The notes: generated by a model not told the origin, from the sequence alone. DNA of 32,000 nt from Methylorubrum extorquens (GCA_900234795.1 LT962688.1:2310001-2342000), one strand, 5' to 3'. Numbered from the stretch's first letter, positions 16,240 to 25,359 are shown. Numbers and translations: made by a program.

Positions 16240-17118
16240 TCACACCGCGGCGATGCCCGGCGCCGAGACGTCGGCGCCCTCCCCGATCGTTTCCGGCGCC
16301 GCCGGCACCGGACGGGGTGTGGCCCCGCCGAGGTGGATCTGGCGCAGGCCCTGCCGCACCGCGGCCTCGGCCTGCAGGGTCGCGACCTTGCGGTCGGTGG
16401 CGGCCTCGAAGGCGATCGGTGCGCCCCAGTTCACGTGCACGTCGATGGGGCCGCGATTGGCGAACAGGGCGAGATGCGGCGGCAGTTCCATGTCGCCGTA
16501 CCACGCGATCTCCGGCCGCTCGGCGCGGGTCACCGGTAGGCCGTTGCGGCGCGGGTAGCCCAGCGCCAGGGGCTGGAGCCGGATGCGCGCGAGCCCGCCG
16601 GTCTCCGCCGTCAGCGCCGTCCGGGCGGCGCCGACCAGCGAGGAGCGGAACGGCAGCAGGCGCAGGCCATCGCCGGTGGTGCCCTCGGCGAACAGCACGA
16701 TCAGGTCGCCATCCGCCAGCCGTTGCCCGACCGTGGCGTTGACGCGTGCGGTCGCCGTCCGCTTGGACCGCTCGATGAAGACGGTGCGCTGGAGCTTGGC
16801 CAGCAGGCCGATCAGCGGCCAGCCCGCGATTTCCGACTTGGCCACGAAGGAGAGCGGGCGCAGCGAGCCGAGCGCAACGATGTCGAGCCAGGAGACGTGG
16901 TTCGACAGCACGAGCGCCGGCTCGCCCGGCTGCGGCGGCGTGCCGCTCTGCGTCACCCGAACGGAGAACAGGCGCAGGAACAGGCGGTGGAACAGCATCG
17001 CGATGCGCGCCGCGACCCAGCCCCGGCCAAAGCGCAGGCTGAGCCAGTGCGGCCCGATCACGATCAGGAAGGCCAGCGCCTGGATGAAGAGGCGGAGGCC
17101 GATGCCGACGCGCGTCAT
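16240..17118 (-). CDS. Lysophospholipid (1-acyl-sn-glycerol-3-phosphate) acyltransferase family protein
   Basis: It has an N-terminal TM segment, the HX4D motif SNHVSWLDI, FAEGTT (block III) and an RP..F block. I chose ATG 17118. The track start at 17139 is TTG. Confidence 0.8.
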   Translation of the reverse strand: MTRVGIGLRLFIQALAFLIVIGPHWLSLRFGRGWVAARIAMLFHRLFLRLFSVRVTQSGTPPQPGEPALVLSNHVSWLDIVALGSLRPLSFVAKSEIAGWPLIGLLAKLQRTVFIERSKRTATARVNATVGQRLADGDLIVLFAEGTTGDGLRLLPFRSSLVGAARTALTAETGGLARIRLQPLALGYPRRNGLPVTRAERPEIAWYGDMELPPHLALFANRGPIDVHVNWGAPIAFEAATDRKVATLQAEAAVRQGLRQIHLGGATPRPVPAAPETIGEGADVSAPGIAAV

Positions 17119-17143
17119 CGGGCGGATGCGCTCCCGCAAAGCC

Positions 17144-17665
17144 TCACGACAGCGTCGCGCTCATGGTCAGCGCCGTGGCCCGGCTGCCGTCGGGCAGCGG
17201 GTAGTAGCCCTTGCGCTCGCCGACCTTGAGGAAGCCATGGCGGGTGTAGAGCTTCAGGGCCGGCGTGTTGCCCTCGTCGACTTCGAGATGGACTGTGCGG
17301 ATGCCGGCATAGGCCAGCGCATTCAGGTGCTCGCGCAGGAGCCGGTGGCTGTGGCCGCCGCCGCGAGCGGAGGGCGCCAGAACGATGGTGAGGATTTCCG
17401 CCTCGTCCACGGCCTTGCGCGACAGCACGAAGCCCAGCAGCGCGTTGCCCCGGCGCAGGGCATGCGCCTCGATCGAGCGCTCGCACAGCATCCGCTCGAA
17501 TTCGTGAGCCGCCCAGGGGCGGGCGAAGGCGGTGGCGTGCAGCTTTTCCAGGTCGGACGCCTGACCGGCGTCCCGCAGCGGCGCGACGTAGGGCACGGAG
17601 CCCCAGGCGTCCCACCATGCGGACCACCAATCGAGCGGCCAGAACGGGGAGACGGTCCGCGTCAT
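17144..17665 (-). CDS. rimI: Ribosomal-protein-alanine N-acetyltransferase (GNAT)
   Basis: The GNAT core reads ILTIVLAPSARGGGHSHRLLREHL...VHLEVDEGNTPALKLYTRHGF. It lies immediately downstream of tsaB with an ATGA overlap, which is the usual tsaB-rimI pairing. Confidence 0.85.
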   Translation of the reverse strand: MTRTVSPFWPLDWWSAWWDAWGSVPYVAPLRDAGQASDLEKLHATAFARPWAAHEFERMLCERSIEAHALRRGNALLGFVLSRKAVDEAEILTIVLAPSARGGGHSHRLLREHLNALAYAGIRTVHLEVDEGNTPALKLYTRHGFLKVGERKGYYPLPDGSRATALTMSATLS

Positions 17666-18342
17666 GCCCTTGCGAGCCTCGCATGATGCTGCGGCTGGGC
17701 GTCGGGCCCGCGCAGGTAGAGGGGGCGCGGCAGCGCCTGGTCCGGATCGGCGACGAGCCCGAGCGAGGCGACCCAGGCGATCTGCGGCGCGCCGGTCTCG
17801 GCGACCTCGACGGCGATGCCGGCGGAAGCGGCCGCCGCCGCGAGCGCGGGAGCGCCGGAGCCGGTGAGGATCGCCCGTCGCTTGCCGAGCAGGGTCACCG
17901 CTTCTTCCAAAGCGATGTGCCGGGGCGGAATCACCGTGCCTTCCGTCACGCTCATGGCTTGGAGGTAGACGGCGCCGTGGCGCGCATCGATCGCGGCGAC
18001 CACCGTATCGTCGCCGTTAAGGGCGAGCTGCGGCGCGAGCAGGGCGGACAGGGTGGTCACGCCCACCACCGGAAGGCCGGCGGCGAGCCCGATGGCGCGG
18101 GCGGCGGAAAGCCCGACGCGCAAGCCCGTATAGCTTCCGGGCCCGACCGTGACCGCGACCCGGTCGAGACCCTCGAAGCCGCCCTCGACCCGGGCCATGA
18201 CCCGCTCGATCAGCGGCAGCAGCGCTTCGGCATGGCCGCGCACGAGCGGCATCGACTCCTCGGCGAGCAGGTCGTCGCTGTCGTCGGTGGCCACGCAGGC
18301 AGCGCAGGCTTCGAGCGCCGTATCGATGGCAAGGATCCGCAA
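17662..18342 (-). CDS. tsaB: tRNA threonylcarbamoyladenosine (t6A) biosynthesis protein TsaB
   Basis: Motifs present are RILAIDTA and VTVGPGSYTGLRVGLSAARAI. The start codon at 18342 is TTG. Confidence 0.88.
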   Translation of the reverse strand: MRILAIDTALEACAACVATDDSDDLLAEESMPLVRGHAEALLPLIERVMARVEGGFEGLDRVAVTVGPGSYTGLRVGLSAARAIGLAAGLPVVGVTTLSALLAPQLALNGDDTVVAAIDARHGAVYLQAMSVTEGTVIPPRHIALEEAVTLLGKRRAILTGSGAPALAAAAASAGIAVEVAETGAPQIAWVASLGLVADPDQALPRPLYLRGPDAQPQHHARLARA

Positions 18343-18499
18343 ACGTCGATTCCATCCGGCGGCAGGCCTCGAGCGCCCGCCCTCCGGCTCTTCTTAGGAC
18401 GAAACCGCCCTCCCCGTCAGCGCATCCGCGACCGGACTCCCCAAGGAAGCGGTGCGGTGTTGCGCCGATGTCAGGGAAAACGGGCGGCGGGGCCGCCGA

Positions 18500-19066
18500 T
18501 CAGATCGCCTGCACTTCCCGCACGGAAGGGAGGAAGTGGCGGAACAGGTTCTGCACGCCCTGGCGCAGGGTCGCGGTGGAGGACGGACAGCCCGAGCAGG
18601 CGCCCTTCATCTCGAGGTAGACGATGCCGTCGCGGTAACCGCGGAAGGTGATGTCGCCGCCGTCGCCCGCCACCGCCGGGCGCACGCGGGTCTCCAGCAG
18701 ATCCTTGATGGTCACCACGGTATCGTGGTCGGCCTCGTCGTAGAACTCCTCCGTCTCGTCCTCGGCGAGCGCCGTGCCCTCGGCCAGCACCGGGCGGCCG
18801 GACTGGAAGTGGTCCATGATCGCGCCGAGCACGGCGGGCTTCACCTGCGGCCACTCGTTGACGCCGTCGGCCTTGGTGACGGAGATGAAGTCGTGCCCGA
18901 AATAGACGCCCGAGACGCCGGGCACCGCGAACAGGGCGGTGGCGAGCGGCGAGCGCTCGGCGCTCGCGGTGTCGCGGGCCTCGAAGGTCCCGTCGGTGAG
19001 CACGACCCGGCCGGGCAGGAACTTGAGCGTGGCGGGGTTCGGCGTGGCTTCGGTCTGAATGAACAT
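18500..19066 (-). CDS. NifU-family Fe-S cluster carrier (Nfu_N + NifU C-terminal domain)
   Basis: It has [19 protein letters not shown] (Nfu_N) and a C-terminal GACSGCPSS CxxC motif. ATG is at 19066. Confidence 0.85.
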   Translation of the reverse strand: MFIQTEATPNPATLKFLPGRVVLTDGTFEARDTASAERSPLATALFAVPGVSGVYFGHDFISVTKADGVNEWPQVKPAVLGAIMDHFQSGRPVLAEGTALAEDETEEFYDEADHDTVVTIKDLLETRVRPAVAGDGGDITFRGYRDGIVYLEMKGACSGCPSSTATLRQGVQNLFRHFLPSVREVQAI

Positions 19067-19269
19067 GTGAAGAATCCTCGGGTCCGCTGGCGCCGGTTCA
19101 AGGCCGGCCGGGATCGGTGCCGGGTTCGACCGGCGCCGCTTTCCATGTGGACCGACAGGGACGGATTCTCAACCGCTCCCGCGACTTGTTGGACAGCGAT
19201 AACCGGTGTAGGAAGCCCGTTCATCACGCATATCGTTCGTATCCGCGCCTGAGGAAGGAGCCGCCTCGC

Positions 19270-19680
19270 ATGGCTCGCGTCACCGTCGAAGACTGCATCG
19301 AGAAGGTCGAGAACCGCTTCGAGCTGGTCCTGCTCGCCAGCCACCGGGCGCGCCTGCTCGCCGCCGGCGCCCCGCTGACCGTGGAGCGCGACCGCGACAA
19401 GAACCCCGTCGTGGCCCTTCGCGAGATCGGCGACGAGACCATCACGGCGGAGGATCTCAAGGAGCAACTCATCCACTCGATGCAGAAATACGTCGAGGTG
19501 GACGAGCCCGAGGCCGAGACCGTGCCGCTCCTGTCGAGCTCGCCCGCCGCTGCCGCGGTGGCGCCCCAGTCGTCCTCGGACGACAAGAACGTGCAGTTCG
19601 ACTTCATGAGCGAGGAGGATCTCCTCCGCGGTCTCGAGAACCTCGCACCGCCGACCGAGACCGACGACGAGGGCGAGTAA
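19270..19680 (+). CDS. rpoZ: DNA-directed RNA polymerase subunit omega
   Basis: ATG 19270 is preceded by GAGGAAGGAG. The translation is [30 protein letters not shown]...NPVVALREI, with an acidic C-terminal tail. The upstream 51 codons of track ORF 19117 are unsupported. Confidence 0.92.
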   Translation: MARVTVEDCIEKVENRFELVLLASHRARLLAAGAPLTVERDRDKNPVVALREIGDETITAEDLKEQLIHSMQKYVEVDEPEAETVPLLSSSPAAAAVAPQSSSDDKNVQFDFMSEEDLLRGLENLAPPTETDDEGE

Positions 19681-19708
19681 GCTCTTTTCGCGCTCCACCT
19701 GACGATCC

Positions 19709-19740
19709 ACGCCCGCCCTCGGTCCCCGAGCGGCGGGCGT
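19709..19740 (+). terminator. Terminator/attenuator-like hairpin downstream of rpoZ
   Basis: ACGCCCGCCCTCGG-TCC-CCGAGCGGCGGGCGT forms 14 bp with one bulged C. It is followed by TCGCGTGTTTCGG, which is only a weak U tract. It sits 29 nt after the rpoZ stop, in a 326-bp spacer before rsh. Confidence 0.4.
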
Positions 19741-20006
19741 TCGCGTGTTTCGGGGTGAAGCCCCATTCTGGCGTCCATGCGAGGGAGGCGGAGCCGTCGC
19801 GCTTTCGCCGCGACGCCATGGGTCTGGGCAAATGCGCGCCGATGCAGGAAGGTGTCGGACGAGCGACCGCGTCCGTCCGGGCCGGGCCCCCTTGAGAGTG
19901 CCGCACGAAACGCCCGACCGCCGATCCTCGCCCTTCTGAGGCACGGCGGCGGAGCGGGCGTCTTGCGAGAGGCACCGAGCAGATCGAGAGCAGGATCCTT
20001 CGGCGG

Positions 20007-22238
20007 ATGATGCGCCAGTACGAACTCGTCGAGCGGGTCAAGCGCTACAATCCTGCCGCGAACGAGGCGCTTCTCAACCGCGCCTACGTCTACGCCATGC
20101 GGGCGCACGGCACGCAGAAGCGCGCCTCCGGCGATCCGTTCTTCGCCCATCCCCTCGAAGTCGCCGCGATCCTCACCGACCTGCGCCTCGACGACGCGAC
20201 CATCGTCGCGGCCGTCCTGCACGACACCGTCGAGGACACCGCCGCCACGCTCGACGAGATCCGCGAGATCTTCGGGCCTGAGATCGGCGCGCTGGTGGAC
20301 GGGCTGACCAAGCTCAAGCGGCTCGATCTCGTCTCGAAGCGAGCCGTGCAGGGCGAGAATTTCCGTAAGCTGCTCCTGGCGGTGGCCGAGGACGTGCGGG
20401 TGCTTCTGGTGAAGCTCGCCGACCGCCTGCACAACATGCGCACGCTCCACTTCATGCGCGACGACAAGCGGGCACGGATTGCCGAGGAGACCCTCGACAT
20501 CTACGCGCCGCTCGCCGGCCGTATGGGCATGCAGGAGCTGCGCGACGAGCTGGAAGACCTCTCGTTCCGCACGCTGAAGCCCGAAGTCTACGCCACCATC
20601 ACCAAGCGGCTCGAAGACCTCTCGGCCAAGTCCGGCAGCGTGATCGAGAGCATCGAGCACGACCTCACCGCCCGGCTCGCCGCGCGCGGCATCGCCGCTC
20701 ACGTGAAAGGGCGGCTGAAGAAGCCGTTCTCGATCTGGTCGAAGATGGAGCGCAAGTCGGTCGCCTTCGAACAGCTCTCCGACATCGTCGGCTTCCGCGT
20801 GATCGTCGGCACCCTGGCCGAGTGCTACGCGGCGCTCGGCGTCGTCCACACGAGCTGGCCGATGGTGCCGGGCCGCTACAAGGACTACGTCTCGACGCCG
20901 AAGCAGAACGATTACCGCTCGATCCACACCACGGTGATCGGGCCGAAGCGCCAGCGCGTCGAGCTTCAGATCCGCACCGCCGAGATGGACGAGATCGCCG
21001 AGTACGGCATCGCCGCCCACGCCCATTACAAGGAAGCCGGCAAGGAAGGCGTGGAGGGCGAGATCCACCCCCGGCTCGCCACCGAGAGCGGCGCCTACCA
21101 ATGGCTGCGCCGCACCATCGAGCTTCTGGCCGAGGGCGATTCGCCGGAAGAGTTTCTGGAGCACACCAAGCTGGAGCTGTTCCAGGATCAGGTGTTCTGC
21201 TTCACGCCCAAGGGCCGCCTGATCGCCCTGCCGCGCGGCGCCACGCCAATCGACTTCGCCTACGCGGTGCATACCGATGTCGGCAACACGGCGGTGGGCG
21301 CCAAGATCAACGGCCGGCTCGCGCCCCTGCTGCACGAACTCGCCAACGGCGACGAGGTCGAGATCGCCCGCTCCGACGGCGCCTCGCCGCCGGCCGCGTG
21401 GGAATCGCTCGTCGTCACCGGCAAGGCGCGCTCTGCGATCCGGCGGGCGACCCGCGCCGCCGTGCGGCGCCAATATGCCGGCCTCGGCCGCCAGATCCTC
21501 GACCGGGCCTTCGAGCGGGCCGGCAAGAGCTTCTCCGAGGAGAAGCTGCGCGGCGCGCTGCCCCGGCTCGCCCGCGCGAGCACCGAGGACGTGTTCGCCG
21601 CCGTCGGGCGCGGCGAGATGTTCTCCGGCGACGTGGTGAAGGCCGTCTATCCCGACTTCAAGGAGGAGCGGCGCGCGGGGGCCAGCGGCGGTCCGGCGGC
21701 CAACGGCGCGGCGGGGCGCCTCACCCGCTCCAAGGATCAGACCATGCGGCTGACCTTCTCGGGTGAGGCCGAGGCGGCCTCGGCCTTGGCCAGCATTCCC
21801 ATTCGCGGGCTGGCCGGCGACCTGCCGGTGAGCTTTGCCCCGAACGGCGGCGCCCTCCCGGGGGATCGCATCGTCGGCATCCTCACGCCCGGCGTCGGCG
21901 TGACGATCTATCCGATCCAGTCCGCCGCGCTCGCCGCCTTCGACAACGAGCCCGAGCGCTGGCTCGACGTGCGCTGGGATGTGGAGGGCTCGCAGGAGCG
22001 CTTCCCCGCCAAGCTCGCGCTCGAATCGATCAACGAGCCCGGCACGCTGGCGCAGATCGCCCAGGTGATCGCCGAGCATGACGGCAACATCGACAATGTT
22101 TCGATGAAGCGTCGCACGCAGGACTTCACCGATATCTCGATTGATCTCTCGGTACCGGATCTGAAGCATCTCACCGCCATCGTCGCGGACCTGCGCGGCA
22201 AGCGCTCGGTGAGCCGTGTCGAGCGAGTGAACGGCTGA
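20007..22238 (+). CDS. rsh: Bifunctional (p)ppGpp synthetase/hydrolase (RelA/SpoT homolog)
   Basis: The 743-aa protein has an HD hydrolase domain (HPLEVAAIL, LHDTVEDT), a synthetase domain (FRVIV...YKDYVSTPKQNDYRSIHT), a TGS region (FCFTPKGRLIALPRGATPIDFAYAVHTDVG) and a C-terminal ACT-like region. It lies downstream of rpoZ. Confidence 0.93.
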   Translation: MMRQYELVERVKRYNPAANEALLNRAYVYAMRAHGTQKRASGDPFFAHPLEVAAILTDLRLDDATIVAAVLHDTVEDTAATLDEIREIFGPEIGALVDGLTKLKRLDLVSKRAVQGENFRKLLLAVAEDVRVLLVKLADRLHNMRTLHFMRDDKRARIAEETLDIYAPLAGRMGMQELRDELEDLSFRTLKPEVYATITKRLEDLSAKSGSVIESIEHDLTARLAARGIAAHVKGRLKKPFSIWSKMERKSVAFEQLSDIVGFRVIVGTLAECYAALGVVHTSWPMVPGRYKDYVSTPKQNDYRSIHTTVIGPKRQRVELQIRTAEMDEIAEYGIAAHAHYKEAGKEGVEGEIHPRLATESGAYQWLRRTIELLAEGDSPEEFLEHTKLELFQDQVFCFTPKGRLIALPRGATPIDFAYAVHTDVGNTAVGAKINGRLAPLLHELANGDEVEIARSDGASPPAAWESLVVTGKARSAIRRATRAAVRRQYAGLGRQILDRAFERAGKSFSEEKLRGALPRLARASTEDVFAAVGRGEMFSGDVVKAVYPDFKEERRAGASGGPAANGAAGRLTRSKDQTMRLTFSGEAEAASALASIPIRGLAGDLPVSFAPNGGALPGDRIVGILTPGVGVTIYPIQSAALAAFDNEPERWLDVRWDVEGSQERFPAKLALESINEPGTLAQIAQVIAEHDGNIDNVSMKRRTQDFTDISIDLSVPDLKHLTAIVADLRGKRSVSRVERVNG

Positions 22239-22352
22239 CGGTCGATCGCTGTCGGCGCCGCTTGCCGGAACCGAGGCCGGGACACGTCATTCCGTCATCG
22301 GATCGGTCTATGGACGGCTGGGCCTGCGACGCGCTTTTCCGGAGCGACCCCC

Positions 22353-22700
22353 ATGAAGCTTTCCCTGGTCACCGCCATCATCCTCGCAGCTTGCATCCCG
22401 CTCGCTGAAGAGGCCGGCGCGCAGGATCTGCAGCCCGGTATGCGGACGATGCTCCAGCGGGGCGGCGCCGAGGGTCTGCCGCTCATCCCCGTCCATCCCG
22501 ACGATCTGGACGACAGCAAGCTGCAGCCGGGCATGCGCACGATGATCCAGCGCGGCGGAAGCGAGGGCGTGCAGCTCGGCGCGCTCCTGCCCCGCGCCTA
22601 TGATCCCTATGATGGGCCGGACTACGATCCGTCCTATCCCCCGCCCGCCTACGAGGCCCGACCTGATCGGCGCCGGGAGCCGCTTCGCGCGCGGAACTAG
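22353..22700 (+). CDS. Small secreted protein with an internal duplicated motif (hypothetical)
   Basis: GGAG lies 8 nt upstream of ATG 22353. The signal peptide is [23 protein letters not shown]. Two copies of LQPGMRTM[L/I]QRGG[A/S]EG[L/V] follow, then a Pro/Tyr/Asp-rich tail. I did not recognise a family. Confidence 0.5.
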   Translation: MKLSLVTAIILAACIPLAEEAGAQDLQPGMRTMLQRGGAEGLPLIPVHPDDLDDSKLQPGMRTMIQRGGSEGVQLGALLPRAYDPYDGPDYDPSYPPPAYEARPDRRREPLRARN

Positions 22701-22915
22701 CGTTTCGGAGCTGCGTCACCGAGGGAATCGGCGGTTCGGCGACGCACAGCGCTGTCCGACGAAGCCCGATTCTGCCCGTCGTGTCGTCATCATCCGAAGA
22801 CCGGCAGCCGTCATCGCGGTTGATGCGCTCCCGGTTGATGCGTTTGGCCTTCGGCTTGCGCGCTGCCTGCGCCGCTGCAAGAAGCAGCGGAACACGGTTT
22901 GGCGAGCAGGTGATC

Positions 22916-23506
22916 ATGACGCCGGAAGAAGTTCTCGAAGAGTTCCGTTCCGCAGGGGCCCTGCTGCAGGGACACTTCATCCTCAGTTCCGGCCTGCGCT
23001 CGCCCACCTTCCTGCAGAAGATGACGATCTTCTCCGATCCCGCGCGCACCGAGCGGCTGTGCCGGGCGCTGGCTGAGGTGATCACGGCCCGCTTCGGCCG
23101 GATCGACATCGTGGTCTCTCCGGCCATCGGCGGCATCATCCCCGGCTACGAGACCGCCCGCCATCTCGGCGCCAAGGCGATCTTCGTCGAGCGCGACCCC
23201 GGCGGTCCCTTCACTCTGCGCCGCGGCTTCTCGATCCCCGCCGGCACCCGTGCCGTCATTGTCGAGGACATCGTGACGACGGGTCTCTCGGCCCGGGAAT
23301 GCCTCGCCTCGCTGAAGGACGAAGAGGGCGACGTGGTGGGTGCCGCCTGCCTGATCGACCGTTCGGGCGGGCGCGGCGCGATCGGCGTGCCGCTCCTGTC
23401 CCTGGTCACGCTCGACATCCCGACTTACGCACCGGACGCCCTGCCCGCTGAGCTGGCCGCCATCCCCCCGGTCAAGCCGGGCAGCCGGGCCTTGCCGAAG
23501 CCCTGA
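22916..23506 (+). CDS. pyrE: Orotate phosphoribosyltransferase
   Basis: Translation from ATG 22916 is [29 protein letters not shown]..., with the PRPP-binding motif [13 protein letters not shown]. The upstream 45 codons of the track ORF are unsupported. Confidence 0.9.
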   Translation: MTPEEVLEEFRSAGALLQGHFILSSGLRSPTFLQKMTIFSDPARTERLCRALAEVITARFGRIDIVVSPAIGGIIPGYETARHLGAKAIFVERDPGGPFTLRRGFSIPAGTRAVIVEDIVTTGLSARECLASLKDEEGDVVGAACLIDRSGGRGAIGVPLLSLVTLDIPTYAPDALPAELAAIPPVKPGSRALPKP

Positions 23507-24006
23507 CCCGGCGCGGGACGGGCGCTGGTTCGGCCGCGAAGTTTCCGCGCCGGCAGCCCATGTCAATTCCCTCTCCGCGGCAACTTCAGGTATGTAAATA
23601 CTGCGGCCGATCCCTGTTTACGCCGTGTCGCAACCGCTAGTGCGAAAATTATCGCGCAGAATACGCTCTGGGTTGCGTCAAAATCATCTTCGTTTGGATT
23701 TGGCGCGGGCGGCCTTAACTCTTTCTGGCGCTTGACAGGGATTGCCGGCTCGGCCACCACAAGGGGGATTCGGGCCGGACTCTGCTACGCTGTTCCGAGT
23801 CCTGCACCTTTCAGACACCGCAATCTTGTTGGCCGGATTACGCTCTTCCGAACGGAAAGCGTGTCTCGGCATACAGGAATTGCTATGCGTCGAGAGTGCA
23901 GGGATGCTGGACTTCGGCAGCGCATTGAATCCACGGTTTCATGTACTGCATTCATGTCTGAATTTCTAGAAACAAACTTTTTTATCTCAAGCACACGGAC
24001 CTATCG

Positions 24007-24663
24007 ATGAGTAATAAGCAACGTACCGCGGTTTTTATCGACGGCGCAAATCTGTATGCGACCACGAAGGCGCTCGGTTTCGACATCGACTACAAGCGAC
24101 TGCTCAAGGATTTTCAGAGCCGCGATAATCTCATTCGCGCTTTCTATTATACGGCAATGATTGAGGATCAGGAGTATTCCTCGATTCGCCCGCTGATCGA
24201 TTGGCTCGACTATAATGGCTACCGGGTCGTTACCAAGCCGGTGAAGGAGTTCACCGACTCCGCCGGGCGCCGCAAGATCAAGGGCAACATGGATATCGAG
24301 CTCGCCATCGACGCGCTCGAACTGGCCCCGCACATCGACCACATGGTGCTGTTCTCCGGCGACGGTGATTTCCGTTCGCTCGTGGAGGCGATCCAGCGCC
24401 GCGGCGTTCGCGTCTCCGTCGTCTCCACCATCCAGACCCAGCCGGCGATGATCGCAGACGACCTGCGGCGTCAGGCGGACGAGTTCATCGATCTCGCCCA
24501 TCTCGCGAGCCGGATCGGCCGTGACCCGAGCGAGCGCACCGCCCGCGCGCCCGGTGACGGCCCCCGCCGCGACTTCGCTGAGCGCGCGCCCCGCCCCAAT
24601 CCCGGTCTCGAGAGCCGCTACGGCATCCGCCCCGGCGCGACCGACGAGGAAGCGGAAGGCTGA
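24007..24663 (+). CDS. NYN-domain (LabA/DUF88-like, PIN-fold) predicted ribonuclease with a disordered Arg/Pro-rich C-terminal tail
   Basis: The sequence RTAVFIDGANLY...RAFYYTA...KGNMDIELAIDALELA...DHMVLFSGDGDFRSLVEAIQRRGVRVSVVS has the typical NYN acidic-residue pattern (D-G-xN, D-xE-L, SGDGDF). The last ~50 aa are low-complexity. Confidence 0.85.
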   Translation: MSNKQRTAVFIDGANLYATTKALGFDIDYKRLLKDFQSRDNLIRAFYYTAMIEDQEYSSIRPLIDWLDYNGYRVVTKPVKEFTDSAGRRKIKGNMDIELAIDALELAPHIDHMVLFSGDGDFRSLVEAIQRRGVRVSVVSTIQTQPAMIADDLRRQADEFIDLAHLASRIGRDPSERTARAPGDGPRRDFAERAPRPNPGLESRYGIRPGATDEEAEG

Positions 24664-24686
24664 GCGGAGCCTTGGTGCTCGGATCG

Positions 24687-24712
24687 CGGTGACGGGCGAA
24701 GACCCGTCACCG
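24687..24712. terminator. Hairpin between the convergent NYN gene and smpB (possible terminator)
   Basis: CGGTGACGGG-CGAAGA-CCCGTCACCG is a perfect 10-bp stem with a 6-nt loop. The flanking T/A tracts are weak, so intrinsic-terminator status is uncertain. Confidence 0.35.
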
Positions 24713-24885
24713 TCGATTGCGAGGCTGCGCCGAAATCATCCGGCGCTCTGCCCTCTCCAGAGAAAACGCGCCCGGGATCGCTTCGTCTTGCGATGACGGT
24801 GGAGCGCGTCGGGACTTGGTTGGGGGCGTCGCCAATCGGACGGCGACGGCATGTCCCAGCGCCGAAAACGCCGAGGGCTTGAACC

Positions 24886-25359
24886 TCAGCCCTTGTCGCG
24901 CATCAGGCGGGCCTTGTCGCGATCCCAGTCGCGCTGCTTGACGCTCTCGCGCTTGTCGTGGAGCTGCTTGCCCTTGCCGAGGCCCAGCTCGACCTTCGCC
25001 CGGCCCTTGTCGTTGAAGTAGATCTTCAACGGAATCACCGTGTAGCCCTGGCGCTGGGTGGCGCCGATCAGCTTGTTAATCTGGCGGCGGTGCAGCAGCA
25101 GGCGGCGGGGCCGCTTGGTGTCGTGGTTGAAGCGGTTCGCCTCCAGATATTCCGGGATATAGGCGTTGAACAGCATCAGGTCGTTGCCGGACGGCCCGGC
25201 ATAGGACTCACCGATCGTCGCCTTGCCGCCACGCAGCGATTTCACCTCGGTGCCGGTCAGCGCGATGCCGGCCTCGAGCGTGTCCTCGATCGCGTAGTGG
25301 TAGCGGGCGGAGCGGTTGTCGGCGACGACGCGCCGGCCGGGATCGGGTTTGGGTGCCAT
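24886..25359 (-). CDS. smpB: SsrA-binding protein
   Basis: The 157-aa protein has [49 protein letters not shown], and the basic tail [19 protein letters not shown]. Confidence 0.95.

Noticed and set aside
19105-19130. tRNA-like T-arm (GGGTTCGACCGG) in the nifU/rpoZ intergenic region
   Set aside because: It only partially resembles GGTTCGAATCC. I could not build flanking acceptor, D or anticodon stems.
19224-22169. 981-aa minus-strand ORF, the longest in the window
   Set aside because: It is entirely antisense to rpoZ, the spacer and rsh, both of which have strong motif support. The translation is a repetitive Gly/Arg/Ala/Leu/Asp-rich sequence without domains. It is a high-GC artefact.
23508-23553. 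CCGGCGCGG...CCGCGCCGG inverted repeat after pyrE as an intrinsic terminator
   Set aside because: The 9-bp arms enclose a 28-nt loop and are not followed by a T-tract. It may still be a structural element, but it does not meet intrinsic-terminator criteria.
23507-24885. tmRNA (ssrA) or another known ncRNA next to smpB
   Set aside because: I looked on both sides of the NYN gene for an ANDN...-type tag reading frame, a tRNA-like GGTTCGAATCC T-loop and an acceptor CCA end, and found none. Alphaproteobacterial two-piece tmRNA need not be linked to smpB. An Infernal scan would be decisive.
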